This document shows positions 1-9,754 of a stretch of DNA of 64,000 nt, piece after piece. The position numbers and the translations under genes are program-made. The stretch's first letter is position 1. Every line of letters starts with the position of its first letter. The stretch comes from Candidatus Alloenteromonas pullistercoris (lineage in GTDB: Bacteria > Bacillota_I > Bacilli_A > RFN20 > CAG-826). The stretch spans positions 22,957 to 86,956 of the forward strand of contig JADINA010000039.1 in assembly GCA_017694295.1 (NCBI GenBank), written 5' to 3'. Below the pieces are notes generated by a model. That model was not told where the DNA came from, searched no databases, and worked only from the letters and a program-made list of their open reading frames with translations.

Positions 1-1111
1 TCCCGATGGCGTGCAAACTTATGCCGGTTGGGTTGGATTCCGCGCTTGATTGGGCCGGAGCCAGAAGTGCCTGGAATATGGGGTAGGAAAGGCAAAGCAA
101 AAGGATGGAGAGGAGGGCCGAGACGGTCCTGGCCATCGTGCCGACGTCTTGGACGAGCCTTTCGGCCCCCTCCTTATCGCCTTTCCCGAGCAATTGCCCC
201 TCGACCACCTGCATGGCCACCCCCGTCCCCTGGGCGAAAAGGTAGATGATGGAGGTGAAGGTAATTAAGTAGTTGCGGAGGTTTTGCTCAAGCACCCCGA
301 CCGAGAGGTTGATGATGACGGCGAGGACGAGCTGCGAGGCCTGATAGGAAAGCGTTTCGCCCGCCGTCGGGAGGCCAATGCCAAGAAGCCGGCGAAGTAT
401 CGACCCGGGAAAGGGGCGGAGCAACTTAATGGAAAGCGAGGCCCCGACCGTCTTCTTATAGAAAACGTAGGAGGCGATTAAGGCCACTAGGCGCGATAAA
501 TCGGTGGAGATGGCGACGCCATAGAGCTTCTCCATCTCCGTAAGCCCGGGGATGCCGAAGATGAAGATGGCCCCGACGATGGCGTTGACCGCATTGCTTA
601 TGAAGGCGATGGCGGTCGGCGGGACCATCCGCTTATTGGCCCGCAGAAAGGAGGAGAATACGTTGGTGAGGGCTTGAAAGACGAAGCTTGGGGCGGTGAG
701 GGCTAAGAAGGCCTTGGCGAAGGGGATGACGTTTTCCTTCACCCCCATCCAGGAGAACACGAAGAAGGAGAAGCCGAAGACGGCAAGGGCGACGATGACG
801 CCTATTAAGAGGTTGAGGTAAAGCGAAAGGGGGTAGATTTTCTTGGCCGACTCATCGTCGCCTTTGCCAACGAGCTGACAAAGCAAAATAAGCGAGGAGG
901 AGCTTAGGACCGAGAAAGAGACGAGGAAGATGTTGGCGATCTGGTTGGCCTGGCTCACCCCGTTGGAGGCTAAGGGGATCGGGGTAAGCAGGAACTGGGT
1001 GACATAGCCCATCGCCACCGAAAGGATGAGCTCGAGGAAGACGGGCACGGCCATTTTGACGATGGCTTTGTTGCGGGCGAAGGCGCCGATGATGGGAAGA
1101 GGCTTTTCCAT
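1..1111 (-). CDS. MATE family efflux transporter (3' end runs off the window)
   Basis: Manual translation from ATG at 1111 gives MEKPLPIIGAFARNKAIVKMAVPVFLELILSVAMGYVTQ...FLRANKRM...PTAGETLSYQ...GQLLGKGD. This is a hydrophobic MATE-type pattern, open to the window edge. Confidence 0.85.
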   Translation of the reverse strand, partial: MEKPLPIIGAFARNKAIVKMAVPVFLELILSVAMGYVTQFLLTPIPLASNGVSQANQIANIFLVSFSVLSSSSLILLCQLVGKGDDESAKKIYPLSLYLNLLIGVIVALAVFGFSFFVFSWMGVKENVIPFAKAFLALTAPSFVFQALTNVFSSFLRANKRMVPPTAIAFISNAVNAIVGAIFIFGIPGLTEMEKLYGVAISTDLSRLVALIASYVFYKKTVGASLSIKLLRPFPGSILRRLLGIGLPTAGETLSYQASQLVLAVIINLSVGVLEQNLRNYLITFTSIIYLFAQGTGVAMQVVEGQLLGKGDKEGAERLVQDVGTMARTVSALLSILLLCLSYPIFQALLAPAQSSAESNPTGISLHAIG

Positions 1112-1200
1112 ACCGTGGCAATGCTATGCTTATTCGTAGAATAAAACAAGATGGAAAAAGGCCGTTTTCGGGCCAAAAAGCAAAAAAGTCGGATAAAGGC

Positions 1201-1665
1201 CTAGGAAGCGGAAAAGTCGCCTAGATGAAGCGAGGAATAAACCTCCAACGCCTCATCGTCGCTTGGCGCCTCGAAGCGGTTTGACCAATACTCTGGCAAA
1301 GGCAACTCGACCATCTCGAAATAGGCGTAGCGGCGTTCCTCCTGCTCAAATAGGGAAAGGATCTTCGCTAGGTCATCAAAGGGTACCGGGTTAGCCTCGA
1401 AGGCCGAGTTGACCTCGCTTGCCTCCTTGAAGCGGTTGGTCCCACCGAGGATGATGCCATCGTGGGTGCCCCGCTCGACGTAAACCTCGATGCCCTTCAT
1501 GGAGCCGCGAAGGGCCAAATATTCGCCATAGTTTGACTCAAGCGATTCGACCTGCCCAAGCCCTAGCGGCTCCTCAAAAGGGTCGCTCGCCCCGCCGCAG
1601 GCGCTTAATGGGACGGCAAGAAGCAACCCCAAGCAGGCAATCGCCCTATTCATCCTTCTTCCCAT
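1201..1665 (-). CDS. Uncharacterised lipoprotein with KG-x-E-x-Y / GGTNR-x-K motifs
   Basis: Start moved to ATG 1665, which has AGGAGG just upstream. Lipobox LSAC. Shares motifs with the ORF at 62171..62647. Confidence 0.7.
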   Translation of the reverse strand: MGRRMNRAIACLGLLLAVPLSACGGASDPFEEPLGLGQVESLESNYGEYLALRGSMKGIEVYVERGTHDGIILGGTNRFKEASEVNSAFEANPVPFDDLAKILSLFEQEERRYAYFEMVELPLPEYWSNRFEAPSDDEALEVYSSLHLGDFSAS

Positions 1666-2578
1666 GGCCGTCCTCCTTTTTCTTCCTATAAATAGACGCG
1701 CCAAGGTCAAGCGAAGTCGCAAGTAGGCTGAAGGCAAGCAGCAAGCTTGGGCCCAAAAGGATGCTCCCCATGAAGTCGATGGGGAAGAAGGCGACCATCG
1801 AGAGGTTAAGCAAATAGGGGTTTGCGGAATAGGAAATGATGAACCAAAGCGAAAAGAAGGCGGCTAAGCCAAGCAAGGCGGCATAGGCCAAAAGATGCTT
1901 TTTTAAGGGCAAGGGAGTTAGGTACATATAGACGACAAGCAAGGCGGAAAGAAGATAAATGGGCAAGACGTCGAAGGCATAGGGTGAGGAGGCCTCGAAG
2001 GAAAGGGAGGAAAGAAGAAGATCCCCAAGGAAATAAAGCGCGATGAGGCACACAAAGCCCCGAAAAAGGCCATAAAGCAAGCCCCAAACCCCGACGAAAT
2101 GGAATTTGACCTCACTTTTGCGCGATTTAAGCATCAAATAAGGGGAAAGCCCGCAATAAAGGAAGCCAAGCAAAAGGGCGTCAAGCGGGTAAACGGCCGT
2201 ATATCGCCCATCCAATAGGGAATTGAGAGTCCCGTTTAAACAGAATACGGCTATAAGCAAAACGGAAGCAAAGCCAAGGATGGCCATCGTTAGCCCAAAG
2301 GCGAAATAGAAACCCTTGGAGCGCGGCTTAACGTAAGCGAAATAGGAAAAGAAAAGGAGGGTCGGGAGGCCCAAAAGAAAGCAAACGTACCCGGGCGCGG
2401 CGGAGCCAAGATAGGCGAACCCGGAGCCGTAATCGTGGATGAGGAAGGTGAAGAAGAGGAAGAAATAGATGCTAGCGACCAAGGAAAGCAAAACGAGCCC
2501 CACCCCCTGGGCGAGGCGGATGCTATGGGAACGGCTGGCCTTTTGGGCCGCCATCTCCGCTTTGCTTAACCCGTCCAT
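1646..2578 (-). CDS. Polytopic membrane protein, function unknown
   Basis: 310 aa with about 8 hydrophobic segments; tightly packed with its neighbours. Confidence 0.7.
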   Translation of the reverse strand: MDGLSKAEMAAQKASRSHSIRLAQGVGLVLLSLVASIYFFLFFTFLIHDYGSGFAYLGSAAPGYVCFLLGLPTLLFFSYFAYVKPRSKGFYFAFGLTMAILGFASVLLIAVFCLNGTLNSLLDGRYTAVYPLDALLLGFLYCGLSPYLMLKSRKSEVKFHFVGVWGLLYGLFRGFVCLIALYFLGDLLLSSLSFEASSPYAFDVLPIYLLSALLVVYMYLTPLPLKKHLLAYAALLGLAAFFSLWFIISYSANPYLLNLSMVAFFPIDFMGSILLGPSLLLAFSLLATSLDLGASIYRKKKEDGHGKKDE

Positions 2579-2581
2579 CCT

Positions 2582-3697
2582 CTATTCCCCCTCCGAAACC
2601 AGGCTTTGGAATATCGGCTCAAATCGATAGGAAGCCCCCGAGTAGTCGTTATCGTCCTCGTAATCGAGGTAAAGCCTATTTAAGCCTATTATCTCCCCGC
2701 GGCTATTTATGTCGATTATGTTGGCCCCAAGGTGGCCTTCTAGGTAGGTGCATCCCTCCCCCGATTTTAGCCCATAGCAAAGGGCGATCGCCTCATCGGG
2801 ATCGCGAGAAGCCGAATAAAGGGCGCAGAAGTCGTTTTTGTGGTCATGTCCGACGAACATCGCCTTGGCCCCAAGCTCGCTGGCTTTATCGAAAAGCCCG
2901 GAATCCTCGTATCCGCAATAAACCCGGGTTTCCCCTAGCCCCGGCACCTCCCAGCTCTCCTCGCCCATGTCGCCGGAATAGTCGAATAGGGTCCCGGGGC
3001 AAGAGGGGTCATCCGAATATTCCCCAAGTTGGCCGCGGAGCCGATAGGCGTATTCGTATTGCCATAGCCCGATGTGGAAGAAAAGCGATTGGGGGACGCG
3101 GTATCCGTCTTCCCTCTGTTGCTCTTCAACCATCTCTGCGTACCAGTCGATCTGGTCTTGGTGGATGACGTCGTAAGGGAGGGAGAGGCCGCTTGGGGAA
3201 AGCTTGTTGGAATCGAGGACGTAGAGGCTATGGACCCTTTTGCCGAGGTAAGTCAAATCGATGACGAAGTTCGATGCCCCGAAGACGTCGTCCCCGGGGT
3301 TATCTTTGTTGAGGCATTTGGGATAGCTTAACGCCAAGTCGGTCGGGTAGGAAAAGGGATAAAGCCCCTGCTCGTCGTGGTTGCCCCAGGCCAAGGCGAA
3401 ATGGCTTAGATCGGATTCCTCGAGGGTATCGAGCAATTCGCGATACGTCTTCTTGTCGGCTAAAAGCACCTGATCCCCGGTGAGGATCACCATGTCGGCG
3501 TCGGAGAAATCGATTAGGGCGCTTAAATAGGCCTTCTCACGGCTTAAATCGCTATACATCCCCCAATGGCAGTCGGCCAGCTGGATGATGCGGATGCCGT
3601 CCTCGCCGATTTCCACAAAGCTTCGGTATTCGGGCGATTCGACTGCGCAGCCGGAAAGAAGGAAGGGCAAAAGCGATAAAGCGGCCTTCCCCTTCAT
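2582..3697 (-). CDS. Lipoprotein calcineurin-like metallophosphoesterase
   Basis: Lipobox LSGC; motifs DCH, GDQ, GNHD and GHDH. Confidence 0.85.
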   Translation of the reverse strand: MKGKAALSLLPFLLSGCAVESPEYRSFVEIGEDGIRIIQLADCHWGMYSDLSREKAYLSALIDFSDADMVILTGDQVLLADKKTYRELLDTLEESDLSHFALAWGNHDEQGLYPFSYPTDLALSYPKCLNKDNPGDDVFGASNFVIDLTYLGKRVHSLYVLDSNKLSPSGLSLPYDVIHQDQIDWYAEMVEEQQREDGYRVPQSLFFHIGLWQYEYAYRLRGQLGEYSDDPSCPGTLFDYSGDMGEESWEVPGLGETRVYCGYEDSGLFDKASELGAKAMFVGHDHKNDFCALYSASRDPDEAIALCYGLKSGEGCTYLEGHLGANIIDINSRGEIIGLNRLYLDYEDDNDYSGASYRFEPIFQSLVSEGE

Positions 3698-3698
3698 G

Positions 3699-4556
3699 CT
3701 ATTCCAAGGGGTGCTCCCCGTCGTTGAAATAAAGTATCCCGAGGCAATGGGGGCCGCAATGGCAGGAGATGGTGGCCCCGGCGGTGGTCGCGTAGACGCG
3801 GCGGAAGCCGGCCTGCTTAACCCGCTCCACCACGGCTTCGACGACGTCCTCGGGGGCGGTCGAATAGGTGACGAAGCAAATCTCGCGGTCGGGGTTGTTG
3901 TATTCGGAAAGGGTGTCCTCGACGTAATTGAGGACGACCTTCTTCATCGGGCCGCGGTATTTCTTCCCCGGGCCCATCTTCCCGTCTTTGACGTAGATCT
4001 CGGGCTTTAGGCCAAGCAGGTTGGCCCCAAGCATGGCGAGGGCCGAGCAGCGGCCGCCCTTATAAAGATAATTGACCGACTCAAGGGAGAAGGAGGCCTG
4101 GTCGAAGGGGACGCGGGCGTTTAGCGCCTCGACTATCTCCTCGGGAGAGGCGCCTTTCTCGCGGAGGCGGCAGGCGTATTCGGCTTGCAACGCGATGCCG
4201 GTGGAAAGCGATTTGGTGTCGATGACGTCGACTTTCCCCTCGAATTTATCGGCGGCGATCTTGGCATGCTCGCAAGAGGAGGAGATGCCTGAGCTAAGCG
4301 AGAAATGGATGACGTGGTCGTAATCGGCAAGAAGCGAGGCGAAGTATTCGCCATATTCGATTTCGTTGATGGCGCTGGTCTTGGGGAGCTGGCCCGATTC
4401 CTTGACGTAGGCGTAAAGGTCATCGGGGGTTATCTCCCCGTCAAGCCCGGTTTTGTCGCCGAGAATCAGGGTGAAGGGGATGGTCTTGATGTCCCATTCC
4501 CTTAAAAGCTCCTTCGGGAGATCGATCGTCGTCTCGGCCGAGATGCATATTCTCAT
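3699..4556 (-). CDS. DegV family fatty-acid-binding protein (FakB-like)
   Basis: Motifs PKTS, LSSGISSS, VIDTKSLS, YLYKGGR and TISCHCGP. Confidence 0.92.
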   Translation of the reverse strand: MRICISAETTIDLPKELLREWDIKTIPFTLILGDKTGLDGEITPDDLYAYVKESGQLPKTSAINEIEYGEYFASLLADYDHVIHFSLSSGISSSCEHAKIAADKFEGKVDVIDTKSLSTGIALQAEYACRLREKGASPEEIVEALNARVPFDQASFSLESVNYLYKGGRCSALAMLGANLLGLKPEIYVKDGKMGPGKKYRGPMKKVVLNYVEDTLSEYNNPDREICFVTYSTAPEDVVEAVVERVKQAGFRRVYATTAGATISCHCGPHCLGILYFNDGEHPLE

Positions 4557-4637
4557 TTTTGCTTTCTCCTATTAGATTAATGGGCATTAGCCCCAAACAA
4601 ACAAATTATAAAGGCAAAGGCGGTTTGGGTAAAACGC

Positions 4638-5690
4638 CTATTTACGGCCCTTATGGGGATACTTTTCGTATACGCGATGGTAATATTCCTCCCAAAGAGC
4701 CCGCACCCGCTCCTTGGAATAGTATTGGCTTAGCGATTCCGCCTTTTTGGCTAAATCGGCGTAATAGGAAAAATCGGAGGAAAGGCGCTTGATCTTTTCG
4801 TCGAAGCCATCGACATCATGGGCGCAGTCATAGTCGCCTAGGAGGATCTCCTTATACAAATCGAGGTCGCGAAGCAAAAACGGGACGCCGCAGGAGGCGG
4901 CTTCGAGTATGGCCATCGGGAAAAGCTCGGCGAAGCTCGGCATGAATAGAAGCGAGGCGGCGTTATACACCTCGTTCATCCCCTCCCTTTTGACGATGCC
5001 GAGGAATTTGACGTTATCCGGCGGGTTGTCCATCACCTTCTTTAGCTCTGAATACCCATCGGTCATCCGCCCGAAGCTAAAGCCCCCGGCCCATAGAAAA
5101 GTCAGATTTGGGTTGCGCCTAGCGCATTCGACAAAGTCAAGCACCCCTTTCCTAGTCTGCACTTGCCCCACGCCCAAGACAACGAAGGCGTCCTTACTGA
5201 TCCCAAGCTTCCCCCTTATGGCTTCCTTCTCTTCGCTTGGCAAAGGGTGGAAGGAGGCGGGGTCGACGTAATTGGGGATATAGGTGATCTTATCCTCGGC
5301 TATTCCAAGCTCCATCAACGGCTTTTTGTAAATCGGGTTGACGACCACGATTTCATCGGCTTTCCTGTAGAAGCGGCGCACATAGGACTTGAAGATGGCG
5401 AATATCGGCTTTGGCAGTTTTATCGAGCCATCGAGGGTGTCGGGGAGGAAATGGACGTAGCAGACGTTGACCGTCTTTTTGCCCATGCGCAGGTAAAAGG
5501 TCGGGTTGACGGTGTGGACGTGGTTGATGTCGGCTTTGCCCTTATCCCCTTTGCAAAGGACCCTAAGCCCCTTTATCCCCTTAACCAGGGCGACCTGCTC
5601 CAAATAGGCGGAGCCGACCCCCTGCCCTTCCACCGAGGTGGCGGCGGAAAGCATCCTGACGGTCAAAGTTTTGCTAGATTCGTTTGCCAT
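4638..5690 (-). CDS. GT4 glycosyltransferase, CpoA-like glycolipid synthase
   Basis: GQGVGSAYLEQ, VHFLPDTLDGS, GQVQTRKG and ELFPMAILEA (E-x7-E) motifs. Confidence 0.88.
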   Translation of the reverse strand: MANESSKTLTVRMLSAATSVEGQGVGSAYLEQVALVKGIKGLRVLCKGDKGKADINHVHTVNPTFYLRMGKKTVNVCYVHFLPDTLDGSIKLPKPIFAIFKSYVRRFYRKADEIVVVNPIYKKPLMELGIAEDKITYIPNYVDPASFHPLPSEEKEAIRGKLGISKDAFVVLGVGQVQTRKGVLDFVECARRNPNLTFLWAGGFSFGRMTDGYSELKKVMDNPPDNVKFLGIVKREGMNEVYNAASLLFMPSFAELFPMAILEAASCGVPFLLRDLDLYKEILLGDYDCAHDVDGFDEKIKRLSSDFSYYADLAKKAESLSQYYSKERVRALWEEYYHRVYEKYPHKGRK

Positions 5691-5723
5691 ATGCGCTTAG
5701 TTTAGACCCCTTAAAGGCAAAGG

Positions 5724-5744
5724 AAAAGGCCGGTTTCCCGGCCT
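5724..5744 (-). terminator. Intrinsic terminator after tRNA-Thr
   Basis: AGGCCGG/CCGGCCT stem followed by a T-run on the minus strand. Confidence 0.7.
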
Positions 5745-5755
5745 AATGTCCTTGT

Positions 5756-5829
5756 TGGTGCCCTCACCCTTAGTCGAAAAGAGGTCTGATCCTTACCATG
5801 GATCCGTTCTACCGCTGAACTATGAGGGC
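5756..5829 (-). tRNA. tRNA-Thr(GGT)
   Basis: Acceptor stem GCCCTCA/TGAGGGC with encoded ACCA. D-stem GTTC/GAAC; anticodon stem GATCC/GGATC with loop ATGGTAA; T-loop TTCGACT. Confidence 0.9.
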
Positions 5830-5975
5830 GGTGCGGGGCTTTTGCCGCGCATTGCGTATTATAGGGAAGAGGGCAGGGGCAGGCAAGAGGGAGTTTTGCC
5901 TACTTTCGCTTTATCGATAAAAGGGGGAAAGCCGGCGCTAGGCAAAAGGCGAGGCCGCGTATAAACTACACGCGT

Positions 5976-6815
5976 ATGCGTTCACTTAATAGGCAAAGCG
6001 GAAAGGAAAGGCGCGCTAAGCGCATCCCGGAGATCGATTTCCTCCGCGGCCTGGCCATCTTCTTAATGGTCCTTGACCACCTTTGCTTCGATTTGACGAT
6101 GCTGCCGGGGCTAGTGAAGCAATTCGCCTCGAACTTCTCGATCATCGGCAGCCATCCGCTTGATGGGTTATATAATCTTGGGTTTGCCATCGAAACCTCC
6201 CCCTGGCGCGACGCCGGGCACATCGTCTTCGTCGGTGTCTTCTGCCTTCTTAGCGGCATCTGCTGCACCTTCTCGCGGAACAACTGGAAGCGGACCGGGC
6301 TGCTTTTCCTTTTCGCCTGGATCATCAAAATCGCCTTCTTCCTCTTCGGCTATTACTCTGACGACCCCTCGATGTATATATATTTCGGGATGCTCGATAG
6401 CCTTTTCATCGCCCATCTGCTTTACACGATAAAGGAGCATTTCCTTAAGGACAAAGCCTATGACTTGGCCATCGGGCTCGCTTTCGTCTTCTTCACCCTC
6501 ATGCTGACCAGCCCCTCCCCCTACTATCCAGATGGGCCGATCGACGCGCTTAAGAACCTTTGGATGATGTTCATCGGGCAAGCCGCCGTCGGGGGCGATT
6601 ACATCCACCCCCTCCCGGTCATCGCCTTGCTTTTCATCGGGGCCTTCCTCGGGAAGTGGCTCTATAGGGAAAGGCGAAGCTATGCGCCCTTTCTTAAGAA
6701 AGCCGAGCCCTTCCCCTTCTTCGGCCGCCATAGCGCCCTCATCTATTTGATCCATCAGCCTATATTGGCCGCCATATTGCTTTGCGTCTGCCTCGGGCTT
6801 GGATACCGCATTTAA
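5976..6815 (+). CDS. DUF1624 / heparan-alpha-glucosaminide N-acetyltransferase-like membrane protein
   Basis: Motifs RIPEIDFLRGLAIFLMVLDH and GRHSALIYLIHQP. Confidence 0.85.
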   Translation: MRSLNRQSGKERRAKRIPEIDFLRGLAIFLMVLDHLCFDLTMLPGLVKQFASNFSIIGSHPLDGLYNLGFAIETSPWRDAGHIVFVGVFCLLSGICCTFSRNNWKRTGLLFLFAWIIKIAFFLFGYYSDDPSMYIYFGMLDSLFIAHLLYTIKEHFLKDKAYDLAIGLAFVFFTLMLTSPSPYYPDGPIDALKNLWMMFIGQAAVGGDYIHPLPVIALLFIGAFLGKWLYRERRSYAPFLKKAEPFPFFGRHSALIYLIHQPILAAILLCVCLGLGYRI

Positions 6816-6827
6816 GAGGTATTAGGT

Positions 6828-8399
6828 ATGAAGATATACGATTTGTTGGAGAAAACCGCCCTTAGCCAGAGTAAGGAGGTGGCCTTGGTGTTCGAAAGGG
6901 CGAGGATAAGCTATGGGTCGCTGCTAACTCGGATACAGAAGGACGCCGAGCGGCTTGCCGGGCTTGGGTTAGGCGAGGATGACGTCATCGCCATCAACCT
7001 CCCAAACTGCGTCGAGGCCGTGAGTTTGCTTTACGCCTGCGATTACCTTGGGGCCATCGCCTACTTCATCCACCCCCTCACCCCCGATGAGCAGCTGCTT
7101 GGCTATTTGGAAAAAGCCAAGGCCAAGGCCCTATTTTGCCTTAACATCGACGCCAAACGGATCGCTAGCAAGGCCAAATCCAAGGTCATCGGGGTCAACC
7201 CCTATTCCGACGGCAATGCTTTGATGAAATTGCTTTCTTTCCTTAAATCCGGGGTCTTGGGGAAAAAGGCCCTGACTAGACTAAGGAGAAAGAAGGCGAA
7301 CCGCTCGGATAAGCCCGACCTCGCCCCATCGGTCTACCTCAATTCCGGGGGGACCAACGGGGAGCCTAAGGTCATCATGCTTTCCTCTTCCGCCATCGCC
7401 GACCTCTCCTCCAGGGGCTTTGACATCATCCCCATCAAAGACGGGCGGATGGCCAAGATGTACACCGTCATCCCCTTGTTCCATGGCTTTGGCTTAGCCA
7501 TGGGCGTCTGCACCCCGCTTAACGCCGGGGGGCAAGTAGTCTTAGACCTCAAATTCCACCCCGAGAAGGCCATAAGGCGGATGAAAAACGGCGAGGCGAC
7601 CGTCATCATCGGGGTCCCGGCCCTTTATAACGCCTTGCTCAATAACCCCGGTTTTGTTGGGCCGGCCGCCAAAAACCTCATCGCCGCCTTCGTCGGGGGC
7701 GATTCGGTGACCGGGTCGCTGCTAAATCGCTTCGACAAGGCCTGTGCGATAAGTGGCGGGCATTGCCGCCTATTTGAGGGCTATGGCCTCACCGAGACGG
7801 TGACCGTCACCAACGTCAACACCGCCTTCGCTTCCAAGCCCGGGACGGTCGGAAAACCTTTAAAAGGAATTGAGGAATTGATCGTCGACCCGGAGACCTT
7901 AAAGCCGCTAGAGCCAAACCAAAAAGGGGAGATACTCATTTCCGGCCCCACCTTAATGAACGGCTATTTCGGCGACGAGGAACTCACAAACAAGACCTTC
8001 GTCGAAATAAAGGGGAAACGCTACGTCAGGACCCGCGACCTCGGGAGCCTTGACGAAGAGGGCTATTTGACCTTCTATAGCCGGCTGCGCCGCGTCGCCA
8101 AGGTCAAGGGGGTCATGGTCTGCCCCGCCGATTTGGAGAGGGTTTGCCTGGAGGATGAGGCGATTTACGAATGCTATTGCTACGCCAAAAAAGACGAGGA
8201 GCTCGGGGAGGCGCTGCATTTGGCCTTGGTGAAAAACCGGGCTTCATCCGATTCCGATGACACCATCTTGGAAAGGCTATTCGCCAAGATAGAAAAGCAA
8301 TTGCCGATTTACTATAAACCTAGAGGCGCCGTCTTCCTCGATAAGCTTCCCCGGACCAACGTCGGCAAAGTCGACGATGCGGCCTTCAAGGATAAATAG
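6828..8399 (+). CDS. AMP-binding (acyl-CoA synthetase-like) enzyme
   Basis: Motifs SGGTNGEPK, PLFHGFG, EGYGLTE, TRDLG and LPRTNVGKVD. Confidence 0.9.
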   Translation: MKIYDLLEKTALSQSKEVALVFERARISYGSLLTRIQKDAERLAGLGLGEDDVIAINLPNCVEAVSLLYACDYLGAIAYFIHPLTPDEQLLGYLEKAKAKALFCLNIDAKRIASKAKSKVIGVNPYSDGNALMKLLSFLKSGVLGKKALTRLRRKKANRSDKPDLAPSVYLNSGGTNGEPKVIMLSSSAIADLSSRGFDIIPIKDGRMAKMYTVIPLFHGFGLAMGVCTPLNAGGQVVLDLKFHPEKAIRRMKNGEATVIIGVPALYNALLNNPGFVGPAAKNLIAAFVGGDSVTGSLLNRFDKACAISGGHCRLFEGYGLTETVTVTNVNTAFASKPGTVGKPLKGIEELIVDPETLKPLEPNQKGEILISGPTLMNGYFGDEELTNKTFVEIKGKRYVRTRDLGSLDEEGYLTFYSRLRRVAKVKGVMVCPADLERVCLEDEAIYECYCYAKKDEELGEALHLALVKNRASSDSDDTILERLFAKIEKQLPIYYKPRGAVFLDKLPRTNVGKVDDAAFKDK

Positions 8400-8420
8400 G
8401 AAAATATATAGGAAGCAAAG

Positions 8421-8455
8421 AAAAGGCGTGGTTTCGCTTGAAATCCCGCCTTTTT
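8421..8455. terminator. Bidirectional intrinsic terminator
   Basis: AAAAGGCG...CGCCTTTTT hairpin between convergent genes. Confidence 0.7.
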
Positions 8456-8473
8456 GATTTTAAAAGGGTTTAC

Positions 8474-9754
8474 TTAAACCTCCACGCCGAATAGGTCGTA
8501 GGGCCCGCGGGAGGATATCCTCACCTTGGCGATGTCGCCGATTTCATGCATCTTAGGGGAATCCATGTAAACTCCCCCGTCGATGTCGTCTGGGGCGTTG
8601 TAGGCGGTGGAAAGCAAATAGCCTTTATCCGATTTGCCGATCACCATCCCCTCAAGCACCTGCCCGATCCGGGCTTTATTAAGCTGCTCGGAGATCTCGG
8701 CTTGGCATTCCATTAACCGGTCCCGGCGCCTTTCCTTTTCCCTTTCGTCGACCTGATTGGGGAGGGAATAGGCGGCGGTCCCCTCCTCGCGGGAATAGGC
8801 AAAGCAGCCCATGTGGTCGAAGCGCTGCTTTTTCAGGAAGTCGATGGTCTCCTCGACGTCCTCTTCGCTTTCCCCGGGGAAGCCGGCGATGAGGGTGGTC
8901 CTGATGACGGCGTCAGGGCAACGATGCCTAATGTAGGCGAATAGGTCTTCCATCTCCTTTTTGCCCCCATGGCGGTTCATAAGGCGGAGGAGCTTGTCGG
9001 AGGCGCTTTGGATGGGGATGTCGAAATAGTGGCAAATCACCCGGCTATCGGCTATGAGGTCGATTAGTTCCTTGCTTATCTCGCTAGGGTAAAGGTAAAG
9101 GAGGCGAATCGAATAAAAGCCTAGGCCCTCAAGCGCCCTAAGAAGGTCGACGATATCGGGCTTTTTGTGAGGGAAATCGCTCCCGTAGACGGTCGTGTCC
9201 TGCGAGATGATCGATATTTCCCTAACATCGCGGCTAAGCAATGACTTCGCCTCCTCAATAATTTCCTCAAAGGGCCTTGAGGCAAAGCGGCCCCTAATAT
9301 AGGGGATGGCGCAGAATGAGCAGAAATTGTCGCATCCCTCCGATATCTTCAAATAGGCGGTATGGGGGATGGTGGTCAACACCCGGCTTTGCATCCTTAT
9401 CGGGGAAAACGATTCCCCGGTGAGCTCGGTTAGGATCTTGGGCAGCTCGTTATAGTCTTTAATCGGGATGAGGCGATCGATCTCGGGGATCTCCTTTTTG
9501 ATGTCCTCGAGGTAGCGGGTGGCGAGGCAGCCGCAGACGACGAGCTTGGCTTTCGGGTTAGAGGCGGCGCAATCGAGGATGACGCCGATCGACTCCTTCT
9601 TCGCCGAGAGGATGAAGGCACAGGTGTTGATGAGGATGAGGTCGGCCCCCTTGGCCGAATCGACGACCCTCGTCCCCTTAGGGAAGCAAGAGAGGATCAT
9701 CTCGGTGTCGATGCGGTTTTTGGCGCAGCCAAGGGTAACGCAATATAGCTTCAT
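8474..9754 (-). CDS. rimO: Ribosomal protein S12 methylthiotransferase
   Basis: Motifs LGCAKNRIDTE, INTCAFI, radical-SAM CDNFCSFC, IRLLYLYP and APDDIDG (TRAM). Confidence 0.93.
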   Translation of the reverse strand: MKLYCVTLGCAKNRIDTEMILSCFPKGTRVVDSAKGADLILINTCAFILSAKKESIGVILDCAASNPKAKLVVCGCLATRYLEDIKKEIPEIDRLIPIKDYNELPKILTELTGESFSPIRMQSRVLTTIPHTAYLKISEGCDNFCSFCAIPYIRGRFASRPFEEIIEEAKSLLSRDVREISIISQDTTVYGSDFPHKKPDIVDLLRALEGLGFYSIRLLYLYPSEISKELIDLIADSRVICHYFDIPIQSASDKLLRLMNRHGGKKEMEDLFAYIRHRCPDAVIRTTLIAGFPGESEEDVEETIDFLKKQRFDHMGCFAYSREEGTAAYSLPNQVDEREKERRRDRLMECQAEISEQLNKARIGQVLEGMVIGKSDKGYLLSTAYNAPDDIDGGVYMDSPKMHEIGDIAKVRISSRGPYDLFGVEV

